Origin: an uncultured bacterium | Lineage (GTDB): Bacteria; Fidelibacterota; Marinisomatia; Marinisomatales; UBA1611 | DNA length: 64,000 bases | NCBI GenBank assembly: GCA_943788175.1 | Contig: CALSPG010000008.1 | Span: forward strand, 61,227 to 125,226 | Direction: 5' to 3' | Part shown: positions 39,744-50,029 of the stretch, piece after piece | Layout of the letters: every line of letters starts with the position of its first letter | How positions within the stretch are numbered: the stretch's first letter is position 1 | The notes under the pieces: generated by a model | What the model was told of the DNA's origin: nothing | Database searches by the model: none | The model's input: the letters and a program-made list of their open reading frames with translations, nothing else | Program-made: the position numbers and the translations under genes

Positions 39744-40682
39744 ATGTTAATTATCTTATATCATTTTCTAATGAATGGCTTCACGACTATAAAAATATTT
39801 TTTACGTTAACTATTATTTCATTTCATTATATGGTTTTCGGTCAAGAGAACGATTTTGAACCATCAGGTTCTATTATTAATGACAGCCAAGGTATTCAAA
39901 TCAGGATGAAAACCAAATCCTATTATGATGCTCCTTTTATTGGCAAGGTGGATATGTATCAGACCACTTTTCTAGCAAAAAAACAAAAAAATACTCAAAA
40001 TACTTTAGGTATTCAAAAAAAGATTTTTGGATTCATTGCTAATCTAATTTCAGATATCAGCGATACGACTGGACACCTAATAATGGATAATGGTAAGCAA
40101 TGGGAATATAACACAGATAAAAAAGAATATTGGAGTCCAAAGTATTTTGACGATGAAAGCCCAGATGATGATGGTGGCTCAAAAGAAATTAGTTTTACAA
40201 TAGGTGATGGAGAAAATGATATCATCTTTGTTTCCAGAGTTGGCTATGATAACCTAGAAAGTATTCATGGCTTTAGAGCAAAAAAGTACACTACTACTTT
40301 TGAAACACTCGAAAGCAAAATTGAGATTGATGAGTGGGCTGTAAGAGAGCTTCCATTACTTCGATTAGCTGATTCGTTAAATAAAGAGATTTTATTAATG
40401 ATAGAATCACCCGATTCAGTCATATCAGCTAGCACTTATGGTGCTGGTCTTTCAAATAATGAAATGGTCTTAGGCTCATCCAATCTTGATAGTATTATGT
40501 TGGTATATGATATCGCACCCATAAAAGGAGAAATTATTAAAGGAGATGTCAGGTTAAGAGGAAAAAAGAATGATGAATCTGATGTGACCTTTGGTACTGA
40601 AATTATTGAATTATATGCTCAGAATTATAATTCTAAAAGATTTAGTATTGGACTAGAATACAACCTCAAAGATAAAAACTGA
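39744..40682 (+). CDS. Hypothetical exported protein
   Basis: 312-aa ORF with signal-like N-terminus; ESIHGFRAKKY resembles DUF4412-type beta proteins (weak). Confidence 0.65.
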   Translation: MLIILYHFLMNGFTTIKIFFTLTIISFHYMVFGQENDFEPSGSIINDSQGIQIRMKTKSYYDAPFIGKVDMYQTTFLAKKQKNTQNTLGIQKKIFGFIANLISDISDTTGHLIMDNGKQWEYNTDKKEYWSPKYFDDESPDDDGGSKEISFTIGDGENDIIFVSRVGYDNLESIHGFRAKKYTTTFETLESKIEIDEWAVRELPLLRLADSLNKEILLMIESPDSVISASTYGAGLSNNEMVLGSSNLDSIMLVYDIAPIKGEIIKGDVRLRGKKNDESDVTFGTEIIELYAQNYNSKRFSIGLEYNLKDKN

Positions 40683-40692
40683 AACAAAATTC

Positions 40693-41949
40693 ATGAGTTA
40701 TTATATTAAAACCCTGTTTTATGTGATTCCGATTTTTGCTTTCTTGATTTTTATTGAGGCAGTGGTTGCAAGTATAAAAGGAATTAAAATAAACCGCTCT
40801 GCTGATGTTATATCTTCACTTAGTTCTGGCATTACAAATACAATAAGGGATGCAATAAAATTTACATTTGCATTAATTACATATTCTTGGCTAGTTGAAA
40901 ATATTGCCTTATATAAACTTGAATCTTACTGGTTAATTATAATTATGGCTTTTTTAGTAAAAGACTTTAGCGGCTACTGGGTCCATAGATTAAATCATAG
41001 AGTAAATGTATTATGGAATAGACATTTTATCCATCATAGTAGTGAAGACTTCAACTTATCTTGTGCCCTTCGTCAATCCATTTCTAATACTATTAAGTTT
41101 TCTGCTATTTTCATGATACCTGGTGCTCTTTTAGGCGTACCTGCTTCTGTATTTGCAGTTTTGGGCCCCATTCATTTGTTTATGCAATTATGGTATCACA
41201 CTCAATTAATAGGGAATCTAGGATTGCTCGAATATGTTTTTGTTACGCCCTCTCACCATAGAGTTCATCATGCTATAAATGATGAATACATTGATAAAAA
41301 TTATGGACAGATCTTAATTATTTGGGATAAAATATTTGGAACCTTTCAGCAGGAGCTTGAAACAGTCTCTCCAATATATGGGACGTTAAATCAAGCAAAA
41401 ACATGGAACCCAATCATCATTAATTATAAATACTTTTTCCAATTACTTAGGGATGCCTGGAGAGCTCAAAAATTAATTGATAAAGTAAAAATTTGGTTTA
41501 TGCCTACTGGGTGGAGGCCTAAAGACGTTTTAGAAAATTATCCAAATAATAAAATAAAAGTTTCTGGAGAGCAGATAAAGTACAATACAGATAATTCTCA
41601 CTCATTAATTATGTTTTGCTGGACACAATTAATTTTTGCCTTGGTCTTTATGTTTCACCTATTTCTAGTATTACATCAATCTGAACCATTTCTTAGCTAC
41701 CTATATGCTATTTTCATTTTCTTAAATATATTTTCATATACATCTTTACTTGATAACAGTAAAATATCATTATATGCTGAAACGCTAAAGTTTTTATTTG
41801 GTATAGGAATATTACAACTACAAAGTTTTACATGGTTTAATTTTCATGGAATGCCGGTTTTATTATTTTTAATTATTTCTTTATTTGCCACAATTTTTCT
41901 TTATTTAAGCAATCAAAAGTCTGCCAAGTTAACTTTGGTTAATAAATAG
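40693..41949 (+). CDS. Sterol desaturase/fatty-acid hydroxylase family, alkylglycerol monooxygenase-like
   Basis: His boxes YWVHRLNH, HFIHHSSE.FNLS.ALRQS, TPSHHRVHH...DKNYG; extra C-terminal TM domain. Confidence 0.9.
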   Translation: MSYYIKTLFYVIPIFAFLIFIEAVVASIKGIKINRSADVISSLSSGITNTIRDAIKFTFALITYSWLVENIALYKLESYWLIIIMAFLVKDFSGYWVHRLNHRVNVLWNRHFIHHSSEDFNLSCALRQSISNTIKFSAIFMIPGALLGVPASVFAVLGPIHLFMQLWYHTQLIGNLGLLEYVFVTPSHHRVHHAINDEYIDKNYGQILIIWDKIFGTFQQELETVSPIYGTLNQAKTWNPIIINYKYFFQLLRDAWRAQKLIDKVKIWFMPTGWRPKDVLENYPNNKIKVSGEQIKYNTDNSHSLIMFCWTQLIFALVFMFHLFLVLHQSEPFLSYLYAIFIFLNIFSYTSLLDNSKISLYAETLKFLFGIGILQLQSFTWFNFHGMPVLLFLIISLFATIFLYLSNQKSAKLTLVNK

Positions 41950-42032
41950 TCTTAATAATGAACATATGTTTAATTAAAGCATTATGTAGGTCTAATTATT
42001 TTAATTAAAAGAAATTCTAGAATGGAGTATTC

Positions 42033-42920
42033 ATGCAATTATTAATAAAAAATGTTTCAAAAACATACTCGAACAGTGTCGAGGCTTTAAAAAATGTCAG
42101 CTTAGATATAGGGAATGGTATGTTTGGTCTATTAGGGCCTAATGGAGCTGGGAAGTCAACTTTAATGCGTACAATCGCTGGATTACAAGAGTTGGATAAA
42201 GGGAGTGTAACTGTAGGCTCTATTGATGTTGCTAAAGATAAGCAAGAGCTTAGAAAAATACTGGGTTACCTACCTCAAGAATTTGGTTTGTATCCAAAAG
42301 TAAATGCCCTGGAATTATTTGATCATTTAGCAGTTATGAAAGGAATAGCTAATAAAAAAGAAAGAATTGAACTCGCAGAATCATTGCTTAGTCAGACCAA
42401 CTTGTGGAAATATAGAAATAGAAAACTTGGCACTTTTTCAGGCGGAATGAAGCAAAGATTTGGTATTGCACAAGCTCTTATCGGGAACCCAAAACTAATT
42501 ATAGTCGATGAGCCTACAGCAGGTTTAGATCCGACAGAAAGAAATAGATTCCACAACCTATTAAGTGAAATAGGTGAAAATGTTATTGTTATCTTATCTA
42601 CACATATCGTAGAAGATGTAAGTGACCTATGCAGTAATATGGCAATTATTAAAGAAGGAGAAGTAAAAGTAGTTGGCGAACCAGCTGTCTTAATAAAAAA
42701 TCTCACAAAACAGGTTTGGATGGGATTTGTTGATAAAAAAGACTTTAAAAATATTTCAGAAACACATCAAGTTATTTCTTCGAAGTTATCTACGGGGAAA
42801 GTGCAAATAAGAGTATTAAGTGATAGCGAGCCTATCACAGGTTTTATGGAGGTGCAGCCTGAGATAGAAGATCTTTATTTTGCAACTATTAACAATCTTG
42901 ATACAGAAAGTAATAAATAG
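42033..42920 (+). CDS. ABC transporter ATP-binding protein
   Basis: GPNGAGKS, FSGGMKQR, IVDEPTAGLDP, STH. Confidence 0.95.
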   Translation: MQLLIKNVSKTYSNSVEALKNVSLDIGNGMFGLLGPNGAGKSTLMRTIAGLQELDKGSVTVGSIDVAKDKQELRKILGYLPQEFGLYPKVNALELFDHLAVMKGIANKKERIELAESLLSQTNLWKYRNRKLGTFSGGMKQRFGIAQALIGNPKLIIVDEPTAGLDPTERNRFHNLLSEIGENVIVILSTHIVEDVSDLCSNMAIIKEGEVKVVGEPAVLIKNLTKQVWMGFVDKKDFKNISETHQVISSKLSTGKVQIRVLSDSEPITGFMEVQPEIEDLYFATINNLDTESNK

Positions 42921-45900
42921 GATGTGGATTGATATAGCATATTTTGAAATTGCTCAGGGATTTAAAAAAGTTTCCGTATGGATATACTTTATTATTTTTT
43001 TTGCTCTCGCTTTTTTAATTGCCAATGTTTTGGGAGGAGCATTTTCAGGTGCAAGCATTGTAATTGGTAACCAGGCGACAAATGTCAATTCGCCTCTTTT
43101 AATCGCCACATTACAAATTATTTTTACAATATTTGGAATTCTTATCTGTGCAGCTATTTTTGGAAATGCGGGCTACCGGGACTATGTTACAAATATGCAC
43201 CCTTTAATATTTACAAAACCAATTAAGGCATCCAATTATTTTGTTGGTCGCTTTTGTGGCTCTTTTATATTAAGCCTCTTTATTCAGTTAGGAATAACTC
43301 TAGGCCTAGCAATCGGTTTTTTAATGCCATTCTTAGATCAAGATGCGTTAGGAGTATTTCGTATTGGAGCTTACCTTCAGCCAATTTTAGTAATGGTCAT
43401 CCCCAATATTTTTCTTGTAGGGTCTATCCTATTTACCTTAGCTATTTTATTTAGAAGGATGTTGCCAACATATTTAGCTTCCGTAATTTTATTGTTTGGC
43501 TATTTAACCTCTTCTAATCTGACAGGAGATATTGAAACAAGGTGGATTGCGGCACTTTTAGACCCCTTCGGAGGTGCGGCAGTTGATGATTTAGTTAGGT
43601 ACTGGACTCCCGCTGAGCAAGACAATCTGCTGATACCAATGGGTAAATGGTTAGTTTTAAATCGAATTATTTGGATTTTTGTAGGTGCCTTTTTCTTTTT
43701 ATTTGGAATGAGGAGCTTCAGTTTTTCTAAAGAATTCAAATTATTTAATAAGAAATCAATCAAAAACAGTAAATCAATTGAATATTCACAAAAGAATCAA
43801 AATGTAGTTAATAAACTAATAAAACCTGTTTTTAATTCATTGACCACATGGTATCAGTTTAAAACTCAGTTAAAAATTGAGCTTAAAAGAGCATTCAGGG
43901 ACCCTTATTTTTTAGCAATAGCTGGTACAGCAGCAGGGTTTTTATTACTAAACCAATCTGCTATAGGGAAAATGTATGGTGTAAATACTCTTCCGGTAAC
44001 CTATGAAGTCTTATCTGTGTTGAGTGGTTCCTTTGCTTTATTCATGCTTATTATTATAACGTTTTATTCAGGGCAACTCGTCTGGAAGGAAAGAGAACTC
44101 CGAGCTGATCAAATAATAGATTCTCTCCCCGTACCGAATTGGATACCAATGATTTCTAAGTTGGTTGCTCTGATTGTGCTACCAGGCATAATGCTTTTTG
44201 TTTTAATGGTTGTAGGTATTGGTATTCAGGCGTGGAAAGGGTTTTATGACTATGAATTGCTCTTATATTTAAAGAAATTATTTGTTTTAGACTGGACAAG
44301 GTATATGCTGTTATGTGTGCTAGCATTTACGATTCAAGTACTAGTTAATCATAAGTACTTGGGACATTTTTTAATGATATTATATTTTTTATTTGGGATA
44401 TTTGCTGGGCAATTAGGTTTTAATCATTCCTTATACTATTTTGGTTCCGGATCGAGCGCTCCATATTCTGATATGAATGGTTTTGCGCCTTTTATTACTA
44501 GATTAATCACCTATAAGTTTTATTGGATTTCTTTTTGCGCTCTGATCGTAATTATCTCAAATTTATTTTGGGTTAGGGGTAGCTCTGATAACTTTAAACA
44601 ACGATTTCAGTTAGCAAAAAACAGGATAAATAATTATTCCATTGCTGGTATTGCCTCTTCTCTTGCTATATTTATTTTATTGGGCAGCTTTATTTTTTAT
44701 AACACAAACGTGCTCAATGACTACCATCAACCAAAATATTATGAAAAATTATCAGCAGATTATGAAAAAAAATATAAGAAGTATAAATCAAAAGTATTTC
44801 CAAAAATCACTTCTGTAAATGGAGAAGTTCATCTATTCCCGAAAACTTCTGAAGTCAAATTCAATGGAACCTATATACTAGAGAACAAAACAGAATATGC
44901 TATGGATACTATTCATTCAAATTTTAATACGAAGTTTCCTTATAAAACATTTGAATGGTCAGTCAAAAATAAGCTAGTAGCTAGGGATAGTACTTACGGC
45001 TGGGATATATATGCTTTTGATCCGCCTATAGCCCCTGGAGAGGAAATTTCTTTAAAGTTCTCTGGTCATCAAAAACGTCTAGGGTTTAATAATAGTGGCG
45101 TTGATATGACCGTAATTGAAAACGGGACAATGATTTTCAGTTCTCAATTACTTCCTACTTTTGGGTACAATTCTGGCAGAGAACTGTCTCAAAAAAGAAC
45201 TAGAAAAAAATATGGATTAAATAAAGAGAAAGACCCAATGAAGCCATACAATGATATCGAGGGTTTAAAAAATGGAATTTTGGGGGATGATGCAGATTGG
45301 GTTAATTATGAAATGATTATGAGCACTGATATTGAACAAATTGCAATCACCCCGGGCTATTTGATTAATGAATGGGAAGAAAAAGATAGAAAATATTTTC
45401 ATTATAAAATGGATAAGCCAATTCATAATCTTTTTGCTTTTGTTTCAGGTAAATATGAAAGGTTAGAAGAAACCTGGAATGGAGTAGATTTAGAAATTTT
45501 ATATCACCCAAAGCATAACTATAATTTAAAAACTATGATGGATGGTATGAAAAAATCTATTGAATACTATTCAGATCTGTACGGTCCGTACCCATATAGG
45601 CAATGCAGAATAATAGAATTTCCACGTTATGCCTCTTTTGCTGTTTCTTTCCCAAATACGATTCCTTTTTCTGAATCAATCGGATTTGTAATGGATGTTG
45701 ACCCAAATGACCCCGAAGACCTTGATATGCCGTTTTGGGTAACAGCACATGAGATGGGTCATCAGTGGTGGCCCCATCAGGCATCTGGAGGAGACGTACA
45801 AGGGTCGGCATTTTTAAGCGAAGGTTTATCTGAGTATTCCGCAGTTTCACTGCTTGCAAAAGAAAAAGGTGATAAACAGTTAAGAAAATTTTTAAAATAT

Positions 45901-46533
45901 GAATTGGATAAATATCTCATGGGTAGGGCTATGGAGAGTAGGCATGAACCAAGTATTATGAAGACAGAAGGTCAGCAATACATCCATTATAATAAAGCAG
46001 GTCTTATGATGTACACTCTTTCTGATTTCATCGGCAAAGAAAAGTTTAATAAAGCACTCAAGACATTCATGGAAAGGTTTAGATATAAATCATCACCTTA
46101 TGCAGACATTGGTACTTTTGTTAAAATAGTAAAAGATAATACTCCTGATGACCTGCAATATCTTGTCGATGATACATTTTCAAAAATTACATTATATGAA
46201 AACAAGGCAAGAAATGCATCAGCTTCTGTTAATAAAGATGGCTCTTATGATGTAACATTTACTGTTGAAGCAAAAAAAGTTTACTCGGATAGTACCGGCA
46301 TTCAAACAAATGCAAAATTGAATGATTGGCTTGAGGTGGGAATTCTTGGTGAAACTATAATTAATGGGGAAATAACTGAAATCCCAATTCTTATTGAAAA
46401 AGTATTAATTACTGACTCTTTGAATACCTTCACATTTAATGTCAAAGAAAAACCTATTAAAGCAGGTATAGATCCAATGAGTAAGTTCATTGATAGAGAT
46501 GTCGATGATAACCTTATCAGAGTAGAACTATAA
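42880..46533 (+). CDS. Tandem ABC-2 permease fused to M1 aminopeptidase (probable start ATG 42922)
   Basis: Two permease repeats, then EFPRY..FA.SFP, HEMGHQWW...SEGLSEY, HYNKAG. Confidence 0.9.
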   Translation: MQLLTILIQKVINRMWIDIAYFEIAQGFKKVSVWIYFIIFFALAFLIANVLGGAFSGASIVIGNQATNVNSPLLIATLQIIFTIFGILICAAIFGNAGYRDYVTNMHPLIFTKPIKASNYFVGRFCGSFILSLFIQLGITLGLAIGFLMPFLDQDALGVFRIGAYLQPILVMVIPNIFLVGSILFTLAILFRRMLPTYLASVILLFGYLTSSNLTGDIETRWIAALLDPFGGAAVDDLVRYWTPAEQDNLLIPMGKWLVLNRIIWIFVGAFFFLFGMRSFSFSKEFKLFNKKSIKNSKSIEYSQKNQNVVNKLIKPVFNSLTTWYQFKTQLKIELKRAFRDPYFLAIAGTAAGFLLLNQSAIGKMYGVNTLPVTYEVLSVLSGSFALFMLIIITFYSGQLVWKERELRADQIIDSLPVPNWIPMISKLVALIVLPGIMLFVLMVVGIGIQAWKGFYDYELLLYLKKLFVLDWTRYMLLCVLAFTIQVLVNHKYLGHFLMILYFLFGIFAGQLGFNHSLYYFGSGSSAPYSDMNGFAPFITRLITYKFYWISFCALIVIISNLFWVRGSSDNFKQRFQLAKNRINNYSIAGIASSLAIFILLGSFIFYNTNVLNDYHQPKYYEKLSADYEKKYKKYKSKVFPKITSVNGEVHLFPKTSEVKFNGTYILENKTEYAMDTIHSNFNTKFPYKTFEWSVKNKLVARDSTYGWDIYAFDPPIAPGEEISLKFSGHQKRLGFNNSGVDMTVIENGTMIFSSQLLPTFGYNSGRELSQKRTRKKYGLNKEKDPMKPYNDIEGLKNGILGDDADWVNYEMIMSTDIEQIAITPGYLINEWEEKDRKYFHYKMDKPIHNLFAFVSGKYERLEETWNGVDLEILYHPKHNYNLKTMMDGMKKSIEYYSDLYGPYPYRQCRIIEFPRYASFAVSFPNTIPFSESIGFVMDVDPNDPEDLDMPFWVTAHEMGHQWWPHQASGGDVQGSAFLSEGLSEYSAVSLLAKEKGDKQLRKFLKYELDKYLMGRAMESRHEPSIMKTEGQQYIHYNKAGLMMYTLSDFIGKEKFNKALKTFMERFRYKSSPYADIGTFVKIVKDNTPDDLQYLVDDTFSKITLYENKARNASASVNKDGSYDVTFTVEAKKVYSDSTGIQTNAKLNDWLEVGILGETIINGEITEIPILIEKVLITDSLNTFTFNVKEKPIKAGIDPMSKFIDRDVDDNLIRVEL

Positions 46534-46659
46534 TACGTATTCTTTCTCGGTTTAATCTGAAAATTATTATTCTCAAATCTTTTTTGTCTCAATAAGAAGT
46601 GCTAAATTATGATAGCTATTCAAATACATTTTTTTAAATGAAAGTAGGGGGAAACGTTA

Positions 46660-47091
46660 ATGTCAAACTGGGATAAAAGCAGTTTTATTGAGCATATGCG
46701 TGACAATTGTAGCAGAGAAATTGCTAAAATTGGAGAAGCAATAATTGAATTTTCCGAAAAGCATGGTTCGGATATTAGTTGGGGCAGAGGAAGCGAATAT
46801 GGTACTATGACGTTTAGGTGCGAGTGTGATGAAGGGCACCTTCCTCTATTTCATATAACTTCAACTGGGCAGTTAAATCTTCAAATAAATTTTATGCGAA
46901 GCAAAGAAATTCCACCTATGGTCATCCGTGATGTTGTTATAAAATTAGAATCTAATTTTTTAAGAGATTATGATGAAGAGGGATACCCTAGTGACGTTTT
47001 TGTACCGATGGATGATCTTTTCCATACACAAAGTCAGGTTGATAAGTTTATTAAAACAATGGAAGGCGCTACATATAGATTAAAGCAATAA
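46660..47091 (+). CDS. Conserved-looking hypothetical cytoplasmic protein
   Basis: AGGGGG RBS; 143 aa; WDKSSFIE...ISWGRG. Confidence 0.75.
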   Translation: MSNWDKSSFIEHMRDNCSREIAKIGEAIIEFSEKHGSDISWGRGSEYGTMTFRCECDEGHLPLFHITSTGQLNLQINFMRSKEIPPMVIRDVVIKLESNFLRDYDEEGYPSDVFVPMDDLFHTQSQVDKFIKTMEGATYRLKQ

Positions 47092-48741
47092 TTGTTTTTT
47101 ATTCAAATCTATTTCAAATCATTTCAATTTTTTAACTCCATCTTTCGTTTGCGGTACGTATCATTAATTATCGTAATTACTATTATCAGTTTTTTAAGTG
47201 CTGAGGGTATCAACTCTCAAGAACTGCCAATTGGTTTAACTGATTTCGAAAAAAATAATATTAATCTACTCCTTGAAATGGGTAGAGAAACTTCTCCCCC
47301 AAATCAACCTGTTAGAAATATAGCCGAATTTGAACGCATGAGTGGCGTTCTAGTCAGATACCCATTAGGTGTCTCTTTGGATATTATCCGTGAGCTTGCA
47401 GAAGATGTTATTGTATATTGTCTCGTATCCGCTGCTCAACAAAATACAGCATTCAATGCTTTTAATAATGATGATATTAATATGGGAAATATTGAATTTA
47501 TAGTTGGGCCAACAGATAGTTATTGGACAAGAGATTATGGTCCTTGGTGGGTTGTAGATGGGAATAAAGAAGTTGGAATAGTTGATTTCACTTATAACAG
47601 ACCTAGATTAAATGATAATAATGCTCCTTTTAAAACTTCTGAATATTTAGATGTCCCTTATTATTCCGTTGATATGATTCATTGTGGTGGGAATTACATG
47701 ACAGATGGACGAGGTATTGGAGCCTCATCACATTTAGTTTATGAAGAAAATGATTTAGAAAGTGAAAATATTGATAGTTTAATGAGCATATACTACGGTA
47801 TTGATACTTATCATGTAGTTGAAGATCCAAATGACACTTATATTGATCATATTGACTGCTGGGGTAAGTATTTAAGTCCTACAAAAGTCATGATTCGGCA
47901 AGTACCCACAAATCATCCTCAGTTTAGTGAAATAGAATCTATAGCCAATTATTTTTCAGGGTCGCTAACGAGTTGGGGCAACAATTGGGATGTGCACAGA
48001 GTCTGGACTCCAAATGACCAGCCATATACTAATTCTATTATTGTGAATGATAAAATTTTAGTTCCTATAATGAATAGTGCCTGGGATGATGATGCGCTAA
48101 GCTCATATGAAATTGCTATGCCGGGTTATGAGATTATTGGGTTCCCGGGGACATGGGAATCGACAGATGCTTTACATTGCCGAATAAAAGGAATCCCTGA
48201 TGTTAATATGCTACAGCTATTTCATCAGCCTCTTTTAGATACAGTTGCCTCTTTTCAAAACGAAGGATATCAGTTAAATATCGAGGTCGAGGCTTTAAGC
48301 GGAATGGGTATTTTAGATAATTCAGTAAAAGTTTTTTGGAAAAACAGTGAAATGCCTTCTTATGATTCAACACAGCTCTATAAGACATTTATTCCTGAAA
48401 TTCCAGATACTTATAGTGGTTATATACCTGCTCAAGCATTTAGTTCTAATATTAAATATTTCATTCAAGCTTCGGACAGTTCTGGCAGAAATGACGCGCA
48501 TCCTCTAGCAGGATATCATTCATTTTATGCTTTGCCAACAGAGGCTTGTAATAGTTGGGTCTTAGGAGATATTGATAACTCTGGTAAGCTAAACATTCTG
48601 GATATTTTAATTTTATCTGAATTGATTATTTATAATAGCTCGTCTGGGGTCTGTTGTAATTTTGTTGCAGATATAAACGGTGATGGTGAATTGAGTTTAA
48701 TAGACATTATAAACTTGGTTGGATTAGTTGCTAACCAATAA
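47092..48741 (+). CDS. Secreted peptidylarginine/agmatine deiminase (PPAD-like) with C-terminal dockerin (probable start TTG 47149)
   Basis: WTRDY, GGNYMTDG, HIDCWGKYL, PYTNSII, TDALHCR; GDIDNSGKLNILDI...ADINGDGELSLIDI. Confidence 0.9.
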   Translation: MFFIQIYFKSFQFFNSIFRLRYVSLIIVITIISFLSAEGINSQELPIGLTDFEKNNINLLLEMGRETSPPNQPVRNIAEFERMSGVLVRYPLGVSLDIIRELAEDVIVYCLVSAAQQNTAFNAFNNDDINMGNIEFIVGPTDSYWTRDYGPWWVVDGNKEVGIVDFTYNRPRLNDNNAPFKTSEYLDVPYYSVDMIHCGGNYMTDGRGIGASSHLVYEENDLESENIDSLMSIYYGIDTYHVVEDPNDTYIDHIDCWGKYLSPTKVMIRQVPTNHPQFSEIESIANYFSGSLTSWGNNWDVHRVWTPNDQPYTNSIIVNDKILVPIMNSAWDDDALSSYEIAMPGYEIIGFPGTWESTDALHCRIKGIPDVNMLQLFHQPLLDTVASFQNEGYQLNIEVEALSGMGILDNSVKVFWKNSEMPSYDSTQLYKTFIPEIPDTYSGYIPAQAFSSNIKYFIQASDSSGRNDAHPLAGYHSFYALPTEACNSWVLGDIDNSGKLNILDILILSELIIYNSSSGVCCNFVADINGDGELSLIDIINLVGLVANQ

Positions 48742-48747
48742 TCCAAT

Positions 48748-49983
48748 ATGAAAGAAAGAGAATATGATATAATGGTGTTTGGTGCGACTGGTTTTACTGG
48801 GAAATTAGTTGTCGAATACATTATTGAACAATATGGCTTAAAAAATAATAAGTTGTTTAGATGGGCAATTGCTGGAAGAGACATTAAAAAATTAGAAAAT
48901 CTTAAATCTAAATTATTAAAAGTCAATGGAGAGGTCAAAGATTTAGACTTGCTTGTTGCCGATAGTTTTGATGATGAAGCTATAGATAAAATTACAAAAT
49001 CTGCTCGCTTAATTATTTCGACGGTTGGTCCATACATAAAATATGGAAAAGCATTAGTGTCTTCATGTGCTAATAATGGGACTCACTACTGCGATCTTAC
49101 GGGTGAGGTTCCTTTCATTAGAGAGTCAATCGATTCAAATAATGAAATTGCAAAGGAAAATAATTGTAAGATTATTCATAGTTGCGGTTTTGATTCTATA
49201 CCTTCTGATTTAGGAGTATTATTAATACAAAAAGAGGCTTTGGAAAAATATAAGATTCCATGTGAAGAAATTAAATATTATGTGAGGGCTACTAGGGGAG
49301 GTTTGAGTGGTGGTACCATTGCTAGTATGATTGCGATTTCAGCATATATTAAATCTAATCCATCCTTATCCAGTTTGTTGGGTAATCCTTATGCCCTCAA
49401 TTCGACTAGCTTTAATGGTCCTAGAGTCTCAAGCTTAAGATCTATAAAATGGGACGATGAAGTAAAATTGTGGTTAGCGCCTTTTGTAATGTCAGGTATA
49501 AATACTAGAATAGTCAGAAGGTCAAATGAAATGCTAAATTTTGAGTATGGGAAAGAATTTTTATATAGTGAGGTATCCTCTTTTTCTAAGGGATTTAATG
49601 GTTATATAAAATCATTATATATGCTTTTTGGCTTAGGTCTAGCAAAAGTATTGATGAGCTATAGGCTAACATTTTTGTTTTTAAGAAAATTTATTTTACC
49701 TTCTCCAGGAGAAGGCCCTACAAGGTATGAACGGGAAAATGGGTTCTTTAAAATCCTGCTCATTGGAAAGGCGGGAGAGAATAAAATAAGTTGCAGTGTA
49801 ATTGGTGATCGTGACCCAGGCTATTCTGGAACAGCAAAAATGCTTACAGAAGCTGCTCTAAGTATAATTTTAGATCAAAAAAAAATACCGCAAAATTTTG
49901 GAGTTTTAACCCCTGCCTCAGGAATAGGTATAACTTTAATTAATAGATTGGAAAGTAAAGGTGTCGTGTTTAAGATATGTTAA
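48748..49983 (+). CDS. Saccharopine dehydrogenase-like / trans-acting enoyl reductase family oxidoreductase
   Basis: FGATGFTG, STVGPY..YG, YCDLTGE, CGFDSIPSDLG, DPGYSGTAKM. Confidence 0.92.
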   Translation: MKEREYDIMVFGATGFTGKLVVEYIIEQYGLKNNKLFRWAIAGRDIKKLENLKSKLLKVNGEVKDLDLLVADSFDDEAIDKITKSARLIISTVGPYIKYGKALVSSCANNGTHYCDLTGEVPFIRESIDSNNEIAKENNCKIIHSCGFDSIPSDLGVLLIQKEALEKYKIPCEEIKYYVRATRGGLSGGTIASMIAISAYIKSNPSLSSLLGNPYALNSTSFNGPRVSSLRSIKWDDEVKLWLAPFVMSGINTRIVRRSNEMLNFEYGKEFLYSEVSSFSKGFNGYIKSLYMLFGLGLAKVLMSYRLTFLFLRKFILPSPGEGPTRYERENGFFKILLIGKAGENKISCSVIGDRDPGYSGTAKMLTEAALSIILDQKKIPQNFGVLTPASGIGITLINRLESKGVVFKIC

Positions 49984-50029
49984 TTGAAACTTTATGCATT
50001 TTTAAAATAATATTATGTTAAATGAGTAA

